Positions 53,282-63,679 of a DNA stretch of 64,000 bases are shown here, one piece after another. The DNA is taken from assembly GCA_963810095.1 (NCBI GenBank), contig CAWEMM010000009.1, positions 576,001 through 640,000 of the forward strand, in the 5' to 3' direction. Made by a program: the position numbers and the translations under genes. Numbering within the stretch: position 1 is the first letter of the stretch; each line of letters opens with the position of its first letter. Below the pieces are notes generated by a model that did not search any database, was not told where the DNA came from, and saw only the letters and a program-made list of their open reading frames with translations. Source of the stretch: an uncultured Chloroflexia bacterium (GTDB taxonomy: Bacteria; Chloroflexota; Anaerolineae; CG2-30-64-16).

Positions 53282-54417
53282 TCAAAGTGTGATCGTATTC
53301 GCCCCCGCCGCTGCCCGGGTGGGATATAGCGCGGGCTGCAGCCCGGTCTCGGCCTCATAGGCTTTGGCGACGGCCGGGATTGCGGACTCGACTGCCCGGC
53401 CTCCATGAGCGCGACGCAGCAGCCGCCGAAGCCTGCGCCTGTCAGACGCGCGCCGTAGCAGCCGGGTTGGCTGCGCAGCAGTTCGGCCATCACGTTGAGC
53501 TCCCGGCTGCTGACCTCGTACAGGTCGCGCAGGCTGAAGTGCGAGGCGTTCATCAGCTGGCCGGCGAAGGGCAGGTCGCCGGCCCGGAAGGCTTCCACCG
53601 CTTGGAGCACCCGCTTGTTTTCTTCGATGACGTGGGTCGCGCGGCGCCGGACCACGTCCGGCACTTCCACGTCCGCAAGCATGTCCGTTGTGGCGTCACG
53701 CAGCGCGGATACGCCCATGGCCAGCGCGGCCTGCTCGCACTGCGAGCGGCGCTCGTTGTAAGCAGAGGAGGCGAGCGACCGCCGGACGCTCGTGTCCGCG
53801 ATCAGGATGCCCGCACTGGCGGGGACGGGCACGGGTTGGTACTCTAGCGAACGGATGTCGATGAGGAGGAGGTGGCCCGCCTGGCCCAACGCGGAGGCCA
53901 GTTGGTCCATCAGGCCGGTCTTGGCGCCCACGAACATGTGCTCGGCGGCCTGGCCCACCCGGGCGGCCTCGTCGGGCGGCACGGCAAAGCCGCCTGCCGC
54001 GGCGAAAGCCTGGACCGACGCCATTTCAAGCGCGGCCGACGAGGATAAGCCAGACCCGATGGGAACGGTGCCGTGCACCAACATGTCCGCGCCGGCCAGC
54101 GGGTAGCCGCGCTCCTTGAGCCCGTACGCGACGCCCCGGACATAGTTGCTCCACGGCTGTTCGGCCGACGTCGCGATCTGGTGCAGACTGAACACGCTTT
54201 CACGGTCGAGATCGAAGGCCCTGAGATGAACCTGGCCGTCCTCGCGCGGGGCCACGATGATGTGCGTCTCGCGTTCGATGGCAGCGGGGAGCACGAACCC
54301 GTCGTTGTAGTCCGTGTGCTCGCCGATCATATTGACGCGACCCGGCGCGCGCGCGACAAACACTGGCCGGCGGCCGAAACGCCGCTCAAACTCGTCCAGC
54401 AAGTGATCCAGTTCCAC
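53282..54417 (-). CDS. galK: Galactokinase (frameshift near 53396)
   Basis: APGRVN.IGEHTDYN.G, VP.GSGLSSSA, MDQ, YN.RR, SH.SLRD.YEVS, GAR.TGAGFGG. Confidence 0.95.
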
Positions 54418-54675
54418 AGGCACCTCTTTGACGCTCGAGTCTCTACGCCGGACAGGGCGCCAACTGACCCCCCTCCCGCCGGCGCGAGTATACCATAATC
54501 GAAGATGTCGGCAAGCGCCAAACGCGCTTGTGACGAACAGCGCAATAGTCGGCGGCCTGCCTGGGATGCCCGGCGCGTTGTTCGTTACCTTTGGTTACGT
54601 AGAGCGTCATGGACAGTAGGCGCGGAGGCCTCTTTTCGCGTTGCCCGGCTTCGTCAAGCTCCGAGGAGAGAACCC

Positions 54676-56397
54676 ATGAAGCAGCGAGTCGCTGGCGAAT
54701 CACCATCGAACTCAAACAACGTGAAGCAGTTCGCACTCGGCGCTCTCCTGTTCGCTGCCTTTGTGGCCGCGCTCGTGCTGGCTGGCGGCGGCGTCAGTGC
54801 AGGCGCGGCGCCCCAGGCGGCGGGAATGACACCTGCGCTTGCTCCGATGGCGACGAACACCCCGACCCCGACACCCTGCACCTGTGCGATGGATCAGTAT
54901 GAGCCGGACAACGACGAAGACAGCGCGACCCTGCTGCCCGTGGGTTCATCGCAGGCGCACACCTTCCATCTTGCCGGTGACTTTGACTGGTTCCGCTTCG
55001 ATCACCTCAGGATCGGCACCGGCTACCAGGCGTCGACATTTGACCTCACCGGCGAAGCGGACACGTATGTCATCCTTTACGATCAGATTGGCACGATCGT
55101 CGCCCGGAGCGACGACATCGACGGCGCCCGGTGTCTTAGCGAGCAACAGTACTGCGCCTCGTCGGTCCACTGGAAGGCGCAGTCGACGGGCCCTTACTTC
55201 CTGTTTGTGCGCACCCTGCAGTACACGCCGTGCATGTGTCCGGGATACAGCATCCGCCTGGAAGGGTTCGGCAGCTACTTGCCCGCCATCGTGCGGCAGC
55301 CGACGCTGACGCCGACGCCCACCCCAACCGCGACCGACACGGCCACGCCGACCCCAACCGCGACTTTCACCGACACGCCGACGCCCACGCTGACGCCTAC
55401 CACGACGCCCACGCCGTCGAGCACGCCGACCCATACGCCGGGACCATCTCCAACGCCGACCCAGACGTCTACACCGCCGGGGATGGACTACCCACAGGCC
55501 GTCGCCGTGAACTCGCTCGCCCAGCGGATCTATGTGGCGAGCCGCGATAACGATCGGGTGTATCTGCTGAATGGGGCGACCCTGGAGGTGATCGGGGGCG
55601 CAGTTGTGGGCCGCCAGCCGTGGGGCATCGCCTACTATGCCCCGCTCAACAAGGTCTACGTCGCGAGCTGGAGCGCAGGGACGGTGACCGTGCTCGACGG
55701 GACGACGCTTGGAGTGCTGCGCACCATCTCCGTGGGCCCGAACCCTACGTGGGTCAAGGTGGCGGGCGACCGCATCAAGCTGGTCGCATACGGCAGCAAC
55801 AGCCTCGTGACGATCGATCCGGCTTCCGACACGGTCGTGCAGAGTCTGCGGCTGTCTCGGACTAATGGCGCCTGGTCGCTGGCGTATAACGCGGCGCTCG
55901 GCCTCACATACGTGAGCAGCCGGGATTCGAAGACAATTACCGTGGTCGACTCCATGGGCGCCGAGCGGACGGTGATCCTGGCGGGTTATGGCGCGGGCTG
56001 CGAGCCGTACCAGCTCGAGTTCAACCCCGGCCTGGGCCGGCTTTACAACATCTGCAATGTCAGCAACCAGCGCAATGACGTGGTCGTCGTGTATCAGGCG
56101 AACGGCGTCGGGCTCACTGCCTCGGCCGAGATCACGGTGGGCGCCGGGGGACTGGATGTGCCAGGGGGACAGGATGGCCGGGGAGGCCTGGTCGTCAATC
56201 CTGACACCGCAAGCGTGTTTGTCAGCAACGCCTACGACAACACGGTTAGCATCATCGACGGCGCGACCAACCGCGTCATTTTTACGGCACCGGTCGGCGC
56301 CAGCCCGTTCGATATGGGGATCGATGTGGCGACAAAGCGCGTCTACACGGCGAACCGGCTAAGCGACGACGTATCGCTGGTGTTGGACCCGAAATAG
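54676..56397 (+). CDS. Secreted protein: PPC-like domain, Pro/Thr linker and YncE/YVTN beta-propeller
   Basis: N-terminal hydrophobic segment, DQYEPDN...D.DWF, (TP)n linker, RIYVA/VYVA/VSN...NTVSIID repeats. Confidence 0.82.
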   Translation: MKQRVAGESPSNSNNVKQFALGALLFAAFVAALVLAGGGVSAGAAPQAAGMTPALAPMATNTPTPTPCTCAMDQYEPDNDEDSATLLPVGSSQAHTFHLAGDFDWFRFDHLRIGTGYQASTFDLTGEADTYVILYDQIGTIVARSDDIDGARCLSEQQYCASSVHWKAQSTGPYFLFVRTLQYTPCMCPGYSIRLEGFGSYLPAIVRQPTLTPTPTPTATDTATPTPTATFTDTPTPTLTPTTTPTPSSTPTHTPGPSPTPTQTSTPPGMDYPQAVAVNSLAQRIYVASRDNDRVYLLNGATLEVIGGAVVGRQPWGIAYYAPLNKVYVASWSAGTVTVLDGTTLGVLRTISVGPNPTWVKVAGDRIKLVAYGSNSLVTIDPASDTVVQSLRLSRTNGAWSLAYNAALGLTYVSSRDSKTITVVDSMGAERTVILAGYGAGCEPYQLEFNPGLGRLYNICNVSNQRNDVVVVYQANGVGLTASAEITVGAGGLDVPGGQDGRGGLVVNPDTASVFVSNAYDNTVSIIDGATNRVIFTAPVGASPFDMGIDVATKRVYTANRLSDDVSLVLDPK

Positions 56398-56409
56398 GCC
56401 GCTTGTCCG

Positions 56410-56691
56410 CTACTTGAAGCGCCGCGCCAGTTCGGCCTCCACGTCGCTCCAGGTACGGTCGCGGGCGGCCAGCAGTACCAGGCAGTGGTACACCAGGTCG
56501 GCCATCTCGTAGACGAGCCGGTCATCGCCTTCAGCCAGCGCGGCGATGGCCGTCTCGACCCCTTCCTCGCCGACTTTCTGGGCCATACGCGGCAGTCCGG
56601 CCGCGAACAGGCTGGCCGTGTAGGAGGCCGCGCTCGGGTTCGCCTTGCGGTCCGCGATGGTCGCGCTCAGCGCGTCGATGACGTCGCTCAT
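56410..56691 (-). CDS. hisE: Phosphoribosyl-ATP diphosphatase
   Basis: SYT..L, KVGEE..E, E.ADL.YH..V.L, L..R. Confidence 0.93.
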   Translation of the reverse strand: MSDVIDALSATIADRKANPSAASYTASLFAAGLPRMAQKVGEEGVETAIAALAEGDDRLVYEMADLVYHCLVLLAARDRTWSDVEAELARRFK

Positions 56692-59600
56692 CTGTGTTCC
56701 CCTTCGTCTGTTGCCGTTGGCAGGCGCCGTCGAAGCGTCTGGCTCCGCTCGATCAACCTGCGATAGTGGCTCCCGGCCAGGCGGTCCTCCCCGCGCTTCA
56801 GCACTTCGGCGGCCGCGATGATCTCCCCGCGATCCAGGTACAGCTCGGTGAGCCACAGGTCGATCTGTGCCTGAAGGAACCGTGCGGCCAGCGGTGCGGC
56901 CAACTCCGCCGCTTCGTCCAGCAGAATGAGTGCCGCATCCAAGTCACCCCGCCCGCGGGCGGCCTGGCTCAGGGTGGCCCGGCACTTTGCCATGTGGGCG
57001 ACGTTGTTGTGCAGCCGGGCCTCGGCCAGGCTGGCAGCAATCCATTCCTCGGCTGCGTCCCAGTTGGCGTCGGCCAGCTCGATTTCGCCCCGCGTGCTCA
57101 GCAGATACTGGCGCGGCAGGTTGAGCCCGTACTGATCTGCGACACGCAAGGCCTCCTCAATGAAGCCTCGCGCCGCCGCGGTGTCACCTGTCAGCATCGT
57201 GTGGTAGGCCAGGTTGTTCGAGCGCGAGGACCTCCTGGTTAGGCTCCCCCACGCGGCGCGCCAGCCCGGCCACCTCCAGGTACATGACCAAGGCGGCGGC
57301 AAGATCGCCGCGTTCGGCGCGGGCGTTGCCCAGCTCGAACCGTGCCACCATCGCAACGTCGCGCACCCCGTGCGCCTCGGCCAGTCTGACCGCTTCCAGC
57401 AGCTCGGTCTCGCCTTCCTCCAGCGCGCTGCCTCCCACGCTCAGCCGCCCCGCGCCGAGTAGAAAATGAGCGTTGGCATGCGCCCCGGGGTCTGCGTCAG
57501 GATCGAGATATTGCAGACTCCGGTTCGCCCAGCGCTCGACCTCGTCGGACCATCCCGCGGGCAGATATGTGTACCCCATGCCGATGCAAGCGCACGTGGC
57601 TGTTGCCGCGTCGTCCGCCTGCTCCGCGGCCGTCAGCGCCTTTCCGTAAGCCTCGCGCGACTCTGCCAGGGCGCCGGCGCGGTAAAGCGAATCGGCCAGT
57701 GCGAGCAGCCGGCGCGGAGACGGGGCGAGTTCCAGCGCCCGCCGCCGGAAGCTCACGGCCTCGGCCTGCGCGGCGAGCGTAGCGGCGTGTTCGGCCGCGA
57801 GATCGGCCAGGTTGGCCGCCTTGGCGGGTTCGCCCGCCTGGGCATAGTGCTCCGCAATCATGCCCGCAAACGGTGCGACCGCCTCCGCATGCCTGGTCTC
57901 CAGTGCCTGCGCCGCTCGGCGATGAATGACTTTGCGCCGCACCGCGCTCAAGCGCTGCCGCACGACGCTCGAAAGGAGCGGGTGGTTGAAAACGAACTTT
58001 TCGCCGCGCTCGCCGAGCAGCCGCGCACCAAGCAACTTGTCCAGCGCGTCGAGCACTGCGTCCTCGTTCAGTCCTGTGGTCTCGACGAGCAGCGACAGGT
58101 CGAACTCGGGCTCGAGCACGCCGGCCGCTTGGAGGACCGCACGGCTGTCCTCGTCGAGCCGTTCCACACGCGCAGCTACCAGGTCGGCCAAAGCGGATGG
58201 GATGGATCCAAGGGCGACCGCGTCCGAGCTGCGGCTGAGCTCGAGCAGGAAGTAGGGATTGCCCGCGCTCTGTGCCTGCAGCTGGTGTGCTGCCGACGCG
58301 TCGACTTCGAGCTGCGCAATGAGCGCCGCGGTCTCTTGCGGGTCGAGGCGCGCCAGCGCGATACGGCGCAGCACACCTTCACGGCCCCATGCCGCGGCCT
58401 GGTGGACGAGGGCCGGGGGCGCTTCTTCGGGGCGAAACGCCAGGACGAGCAGCAAAGGCTGCCCGCCCATCCGGTGAACCAGGTAGGGGAGCCAGTCGAG
58501 CGTCGCACGGTCGGCCCAGTGAACGTCGTCGACGAACACCACCAGGGGGTGCGCGTCGAGCGCGAGCAGGACCTGGACAAAGGCCTCGTAGACGCGGCGG
58601 CGCTCCTCTTCGGGCGGCAAGGCGGCGGGCTGCGGCAGGTCGGGCGCACCCGTGCGCACCTGTGGCAGCAGCCGGGACACCTCGGCAAGCCAGGCGGCCG
58701 GCAAAGCCGACGGCGGATGCAGGAGTTCCTGGGTGCAGGGGTGGCTGCCGAACAGCTCGACCAGCGGCGTGAACGGGAGGCTGCTGGCCGCCTCGACGCA
58801 CCGGGCTTCGAGCGCCGTGCATGCCAGCGGGATATGCGCCAGCCACTCGCGCCACAAGCGTGACTTGCCGATGCCCAGCTCGCCGGTGAGCAGGACCACT
58901 CGCGCCCGGCCTTGCGCCGCGAGCGCCAGTTCCTCGTCCAGCGCGGCACGTTCGCGCTCACGGCCGACGAACGCAGGCTCGGGCCGGACTGACTCGGCGG
59001 CTAGAACAGGCCTGCGCGCCCGCGTCGCCGTCGGGGCCGGCCGGGCGGCAACCAGTCTCTCCCGCAGGGCCTGCGTCTCGGCCGAGGGCTCCACGCCCAG
59101 TTCACGCTCAAGTCCCAGTTTCAGGGCTTCGTACTGGCGCAGCGCGTCGCTCCGCTCGCCCAGCTTGAAGAGCGACTCGATGAGAGCCCGGTTGAGCCCC
59201 TCGTGTAGGGGGTCATGCGCCAGGGCGCGCCGGGCGAGATCGGCGACCTCGCGCCACGACCCAGCCCGGCCGAGTTCCGCCAGCGCATCGCTCATGCGGG
59301 ACAGGAAGGCTTCAGACACCCGCTCACCGCGGTGATCAGCCACAACTCGAAATCGGGGGCGTCGGGCACGGCCAGCCCGTCGAGAAACGGCCCGCCGTAC
59401 AGCTCGAGCAGGTCACGGGGGTCGGGGGCAGTGTCTGACAACAGGGCGCGGACATCAACGGCAAGGACGTCGCCCAGCACGAGGCGGTCGCTGCCGGTCA
59501 CGCTTTCAGGGCTAAGGTCCTTGCGAATGGCCCACAGCGTGTTGCGAAGGTTCTTCGCACGCGGCCTCCTCCGTGCTCTCGCCCCAGAGCAGGCCGAGAA

Positions 59601-59733
59601 CGCGCTCCCTCGGCTGGGGGTCGCCGGCCAGCGCAAGGTAGCCCAGCAGCGCCGCCGCTTTGGCAGGGAGGTCAATCTGAACGCCGTCGCGCTCCGCGTA
59701 TGGGCGGCCGAGCAGGTGAAGAAGGGTAGTCAC
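56688..59733 (-). CDS. SARP/BTAD + AAA ATPase + TPR transcriptional regulator (about 3 frameshifts)
   Basis: L.LLG, ALL.YLAL, RE....LLW, Y.G.FL.G, DPLHE, FVGR, GE.GIGKS, DDVHWAD, GNPYF, TPR-like C-terminus. Confidence 0.85.
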
Positions 59734-59764
59734 GAGCGAGAATTATAACTGATAGGTGGGAGAT

Positions 59765-59909
59765 TGGAACGCGGAGGGATTGGAACGCGGAGGCGGTTGG
59801 AACGCGAAGGCGCGAAGGTGACTGAAGGGCGCGAAGCGCGAAGGGCACGAAGCACGAAGGGCGCGAAGCGCGAAGGGTGCGAAGCACGAAGACGCGAAGG
59901 GCGCGAAGG
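59765..59909. repeat. Short tandem array of GGAACGCGG and C(G/A)CGAAG units
   Basis: Three TTGGAACGCG units followed by about 11 (G/A)CGAAG-type units in the intergenic region. Confidence 0.7.
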
Positions 59910-60551
59910 TCACCCGAGAGGGGTCAGCGCATGCAGGACGCCACCGACGAAAGCTATCTCGTCCTCGTTCACCGTGTGCGCCATGTTGGGGTAGAGCCGC
60001 AGCGTGACGTCTGCATCGAGCGCGCGAAAGACGTCCGCGGCCGCTGCGACTCGGTGTTTGGCGATGTGCGGATCGACGTCGCTGCAGCCTAGAAAGACGG
60101 GCGTTTGTGCCATCGACCCTGGATAATCGCGCGGTGTGCCGTCCGGGCCGATCAAGCCGCCGCTCAATCCGAAGACCCCGCCGTACCGCTGTGCGTGCCG
60201 TGCCGCGTACTCCAATGCAAGGCAGGCCCCCTGCGAGAAACCCAGCAGGAAGATGCGCTCCGCAGGGATGCCCGCCTCCAACGCCGCCTGCACCATTTCG
60301 CCCGCCCGCTCCAGCGCAGAAGAAAGCCAGGGCTCATTTTGCTCCAGGGGGGTCGTGAATGGGTATGGATACCAGGTGTTGTTGGCGGCCTGGGGTGCCA
60401 GGTAGGCGATGCCCGTGGTCTGAAAGACCTGCGCCAGTGAGAGGATATCGCGGGCGGTCGCGCCACGCCCGTGCAGCATGATCATCGCAGCGCTTGCGCC
60501 GGCAAGCGGCTCCCCGTAAGTCAGCACCGGTCCGTCTTGATGCAGCGCCAT
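59910..60551 (-). CDS. Phospholipase/carboxylesterase (alpha/beta hydrolase)
   Basis: LHGRG, WYP, GFSQGA, D.H, H catalytic triad. Confidence 0.92.
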   Translation of the reverse strand: MALHQDGPVLTYGEPLAGASAAMIMLHGRGATARDILSLAQVFQTTGIAYLAPQAANNTWYPYPFTTPLEQNEPWLSSALERAGEMVQAALEAGIPAERIFLLGFSQGACLALEYAARHAQRYGGVFGLSGGLIGPDGTPRDYPGSMAQTPVFLGCSDVDPHIAKHRVAAAADVFRALDADVTLRLYPNMAHTVNEDEIAFVGGVLHALTPLG

Positions 60552-60566
60552 TCACGCCCTCCTCAT

Positions 60567-60638
60567 AACAAAAAGGCACAACGACACAAGTCTCCTGCGG
60601 GGCTCGCCCCGGTCCTTGTGTCATTGTGCCCTTGTGGT
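60567..60638. repeat. CAC(A/G)AAG-family intergenic palindrome
   Basis: AACAAAAAGGCACAACGACACAAG...CTTGTGTCATTGTGCCCTTGTGGT. Confidence 0.6.
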
Positions 60639-60650
60639 CCAAAACGTCAG

Positions 60651-61202
60651 TTATGCAGCCGTCAATTCGAGCGCCGGCTCGGCAACCTTCACCAACTCCA
60701 TCTCGACGTTGATCTTGACCTGTTCGCCCACCAGCAAGCCGCCGGTCTCGAGCGCCACGTTCCAGTTCAAGCCGAAGTCCTTGCGGTTGAGCGTCCCCTT
60801 AGCGGTCAGGCCCCAAACCTCGCTGCCCCACGGATTCTTGAACTGTCCTTCGCTCGTCACGTCGAAGGTGAATTCCTTGGTCACGCCCTTGATCGTCAGA
60901 TCGCCGGTCACCTTGTACTCGTCGCCGCCCACCTTCGTGATACGCTTGCTCACAAACGTCATCCGGGGATAATTGGCCGCATCGAAGAAATCGGCCGAGC
61001 GGAGGTGGTTGTCGCGATTCGCATCGCGTGTTTCAACGCTCGCGAGGTCCACCCAGCCCTCAACCTGCGAGTTGAGCAGGTTGTTGGGGTCGACCGTGAT
61101 CGTGCCGTCAAACTGGGTAAAGGTACCGCGTACCGTCGTAATCATCATGTGCTTCACGCCGAATTCCAGGTTCGTGTGTGAGGTGTCAATCTTCCAAGCC
61201 AT
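60651..61202 (-). CDS. yceI: YceI family polyisoprenoid-binding protein
   Basis: W.ID.SH....F.V.H, RDNHLRSADFFD...YP, GDLTIKGVTK, R.DFGL.WN. Confidence 0.93.
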   Translation of the reverse strand: MAWKIDTSHTNLEFGVKHMMITTVRGTFTQFDGTITVDPNNLLNSQVEGWVDLASVETRDANRDNHLRSADFFDAANYPRMTFVSKRITKVGGDEYKVTGDLTIKGVTKEFTFDVTSEGQFKNPWGSEVWGLTAKGTLNRKDFGLNWNVALETGGLLVGEQVKINVEMELVKVAEPALELTAA

Positions 61203-61410
61203 CGTAGATCTCCTTCGTGTTTGAGTTCAGTTTTCGTTTGCTCATTACGTGAAGATCATAACCCCCCCTCGTCCTGAGCCGCGTCCCTGTGTGCGTCCTT
61301 GCGCTGTCTCAATTGGCGACTATAGAAAGAAACTGTTGGGACGCGGCGGTAATTGCGAAAGTAACGCACTTCATATATCCTAGCGCCAGCGCATCTTTCG
61401 GGAGAGCATC

Positions 61411-61887
61411 ATGCCGACCGGCAGCAGGCCGCACGCGGGCCGCCGAAACGCATTTACCTGCGACATGATCAGCCTGCCGTCGGCGCATCTCGCCGACCTA
61501 GGGGAATTGCTCGATTTCGTCGCAGCCTTCTGCGCGGGAGCCAACATCCGGGGGCAGGACGAATTCGACCTGCGGCTGGCGGTTGAGGAAGTGTCCGCGA
61601 ACGTCATGATGCATGGCTACGAGGAGCGGGCGCCGGGTCCCCTGGAGGTTTCCTTTTGTGCCGACGACGAGCAGGTGGCCGTCACCATTTCGGATCGCGC
61701 CGACCCCTTCAATCCCGAACTCGCGCCGCCACCTGACCTGGCCGCCCCCGCTGAAGAGCGCCAGATCGGCGGGCTGGGCTGGCACTTGGTTCGCCTGATC
61801 GTCGACGAGGTCAACTACCGCTACGATCCGACTTACGGCAACACCGTCACACTGGTCAAGCGGCTGACCCTCCCCGACCCTTCTTGA
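61411..61887 (+). CDS. RsbW-like anti-sigma factor / HATPase_c protein
   Basis: LAVEE...N...HGY, ISD...PF.P, GGLG..L.....DEV.Y. Confidence 0.88.
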   Translation: MPTGSRPHAGRRNAFTCDMISLPSAHLADLGELLDFVAAFCAGANIRGQDEFDLRLAVEEVSANVMMHGYEERAPGPLEVSFCADDEQVAVTISDRADPFNPELAPPPDLAAPAEERQIGGLGWHLVRLIVDEVNYRYDPTYGNTVTLVKRLTLPDPS

Positions 61888-62011
61888 GCGGCCGGTCGTA
61901 ATCTGCGAGACACGCGTCTCCGGCAAGTTTCTAACGTCATGATGATTGGCCCGCATCGTAAATCCTTGCGCATGCCGCCGCGACCTGCGCCTGGCGCCCT
62001 GAGGCAATTCG

Positions 62012-63673
62012 ATGGAACTGAAAGACTACATCCGGCCCCTCCGTAAGTGGTGGTGGCTGATCGTTGCAGCGACGCTCGTCGCGATCGTGTCGAGCTACAT
62101 GGCAACGCGACAGCAGGGAGCCATCTACCGCACGCGCACCACGCTGATGGTTGGCACGGCCATCGAGAACCCGAATCCCAACGGGAATGAGTTCTGGCTG
62201 ACGCAGCAACTTGCCAACACTTACGCCGATATCGTCAAGCGGGACAACATCCGGGCGGCCGTCATGCAGCGGCTGGGGCTCACCTGGCTGCCCGACTACA
62301 CTGCTAGGGTCGTGCCCAACACCCAGTTGATCGAGCTTGCCGTGACAGACGTCGACCCGCTGCGCGCACAACAGGTGGCGCAGGGCTTGGCCGGCGAGCT
62401 CATCGGCATCAGCCCGACGGGCCCAGGAGGTGAGGACCAGCAGCGCCAAGCCTTCATCAGCCAGCAACTGAACGATCTCGAGACCAAGATCGAGCAGACC
62501 CAGTCCGAGATCGACAAGAAGCAGGCCGAGTTGGCCAACATGTTCAGCGCGCGCCAGATCGCCGACACGCAAACGCAGATCACGGGGCTGCAGAACAAGA
62601 AGGCAACGCTGCAGTCAAACTATGCGTCTCTGCTCAGCAATACCCAGCGCGGCGCGCTGAACAGCATCAATATCATCGAGCCGGCCGTGCTGCCGACCGT
62701 GCCCGTTGGACCCAACAAGGGCGCGACCATCATGCTCGCGGCCGCGATCGGGTTCTTGCTGGCGCTTGGCGCGGCCTATTTGCTCGAGTACCTCGACGAT
62801 ACGATGAAGAACCCGGATGAGGTGCAGAAGTCGCTCGGCGTGACGACCCTGGGCGCGGTTCCGCGCATCGAGGGCGCCGCACCCGGCTCGGAGCTGGCGA
62901 TCCTTTCGAACAGCCAGTCGGCCGCGACGGAGGCCTACCGCGTGCTGCGTACGAACCTGCAGTTTGCCGAGGTCGGTCACCCGTTGCGCACCTTGATGGT
63001 GACGAGCCCGGCGCCGGGCGAAGGCAAGACGCTCACGATTTCGAACCTCGGCGCCGTGCTGGCCCAGGCCGGCCGGCGTGTCATCCTCGTCGATGCCGAT
63101 CTGCACAAGCCCCGCCTGCACCGTGTCTTCGGCCTGCGGAACAACATCGGACTCACCACCGCGCTGCTTGAAGAGCACCCCGACCTCGTGGGCCTTATCC
63201 AGGAAGGCCCCGTGCCGAACCTGTCGGTGTTGACCTCCGGTCCGCTGCCGCCCAACCCGGCCGAGCTGCTGGGCGCGAGCCGCATGCGTGAGCTGATTGC
63301 GCAGCTATTGGAGCTGGCCGATATCGTCCTGGTCGACACGCCCCCCGCAGTCGCCCTGGCAGATGCGGCGATCATGAGCACCCAAATGGACGGCGTCCTG
63401 CTCGTGCTCGACGCCGGCCACACTCGCCGGGAGGTGGCACGCCGCGCGCTGGAAGCGCTGCGACGGGTGAACGCCCGCATCATCGGCACGGTCCTCAACC
63501 GTGTTTCCCTCCGGGGCGAGGGCTATTACTACTATTACTACTACCACTACGGCGACTATGGCCTCGAGAACAACGGCCACGGCCCGAACGGTTCGGGGAA
63601 CGGCAAGCGTCGCGGGAGGCCCCGACGCCGGCCTGCCGGTGCGCCGGTCGCGCCCACGGGCAACAGCAACTAA
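62012..63673 (+). CDS. Polysaccharide co-polymerase / BY-tyrosine autokinase (Wzc-like)
   Basis: Wzz N-terminus, P.P.GP, EAYR.LRTN, GEGKT, DADL..P, DTPP, C-terminal Tyr cluster. Confidence 0.92.
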   Translation: MELKDYIRPLRKWWWLIVAATLVAIVSSYMATRQQGAIYRTRTTLMVGTAIENPNPNGNEFWLTQQLANTYADIVKRDNIRAAVMQRLGLTWLPDYTARVVPNTQLIELAVTDVDPLRAQQVAQGLAGELIGISPTGPGGEDQQRQAFISQQLNDLETKIEQTQSEIDKKQAELANMFSARQIADTQTQITGLQNKKATLQSNYASLLSNTQRGALNSINIIEPAVLPTVPVGPNKGATIMLAAAIGFLLALGAAYLLEYLDDTMKNPDEVQKSLGVTTLGAVPRIEGAAPGSELAILSNSQSAATEAYRVLRTNLQFAEVGHPLRTLMVTSPAPGEGKTLTISNLGAVLAQAGRRVILVDADLHKPRLHRVFGLRNNIGLTTALLEEHPDLVGLIQEGPVPNLSVLTSGPLPPNPAELLGASRMRELIAQLLELADIVLVDTPPAVALADAAIMSTQMDGVLLVLDAGHTRREVARRALEALRRVNARIIGTVLNRVSLRGEGYYYYYYYHYGDYGLENNGHGPNGSGNGKRRGRPRRRPAGAPVAPTGNSN

Positions 63674-63679
63674 CGCCGC

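Noticed and set aside
55300-55480. ACGCCG-rich DNA repeat as a mobile repeat
   Set aside because: It simply encodes the Pro/Thr linker
59765-59909. Possible CRISPR array
   Set aside because: Units are 7-16 nt with no unique spacers, and no cas genes are present
63521-63560. Poly-Tyr run as a leader peptide or microsatellite
   Set aside because: It is the normal C-terminal autophosphorylation cluster of a BY-kinase
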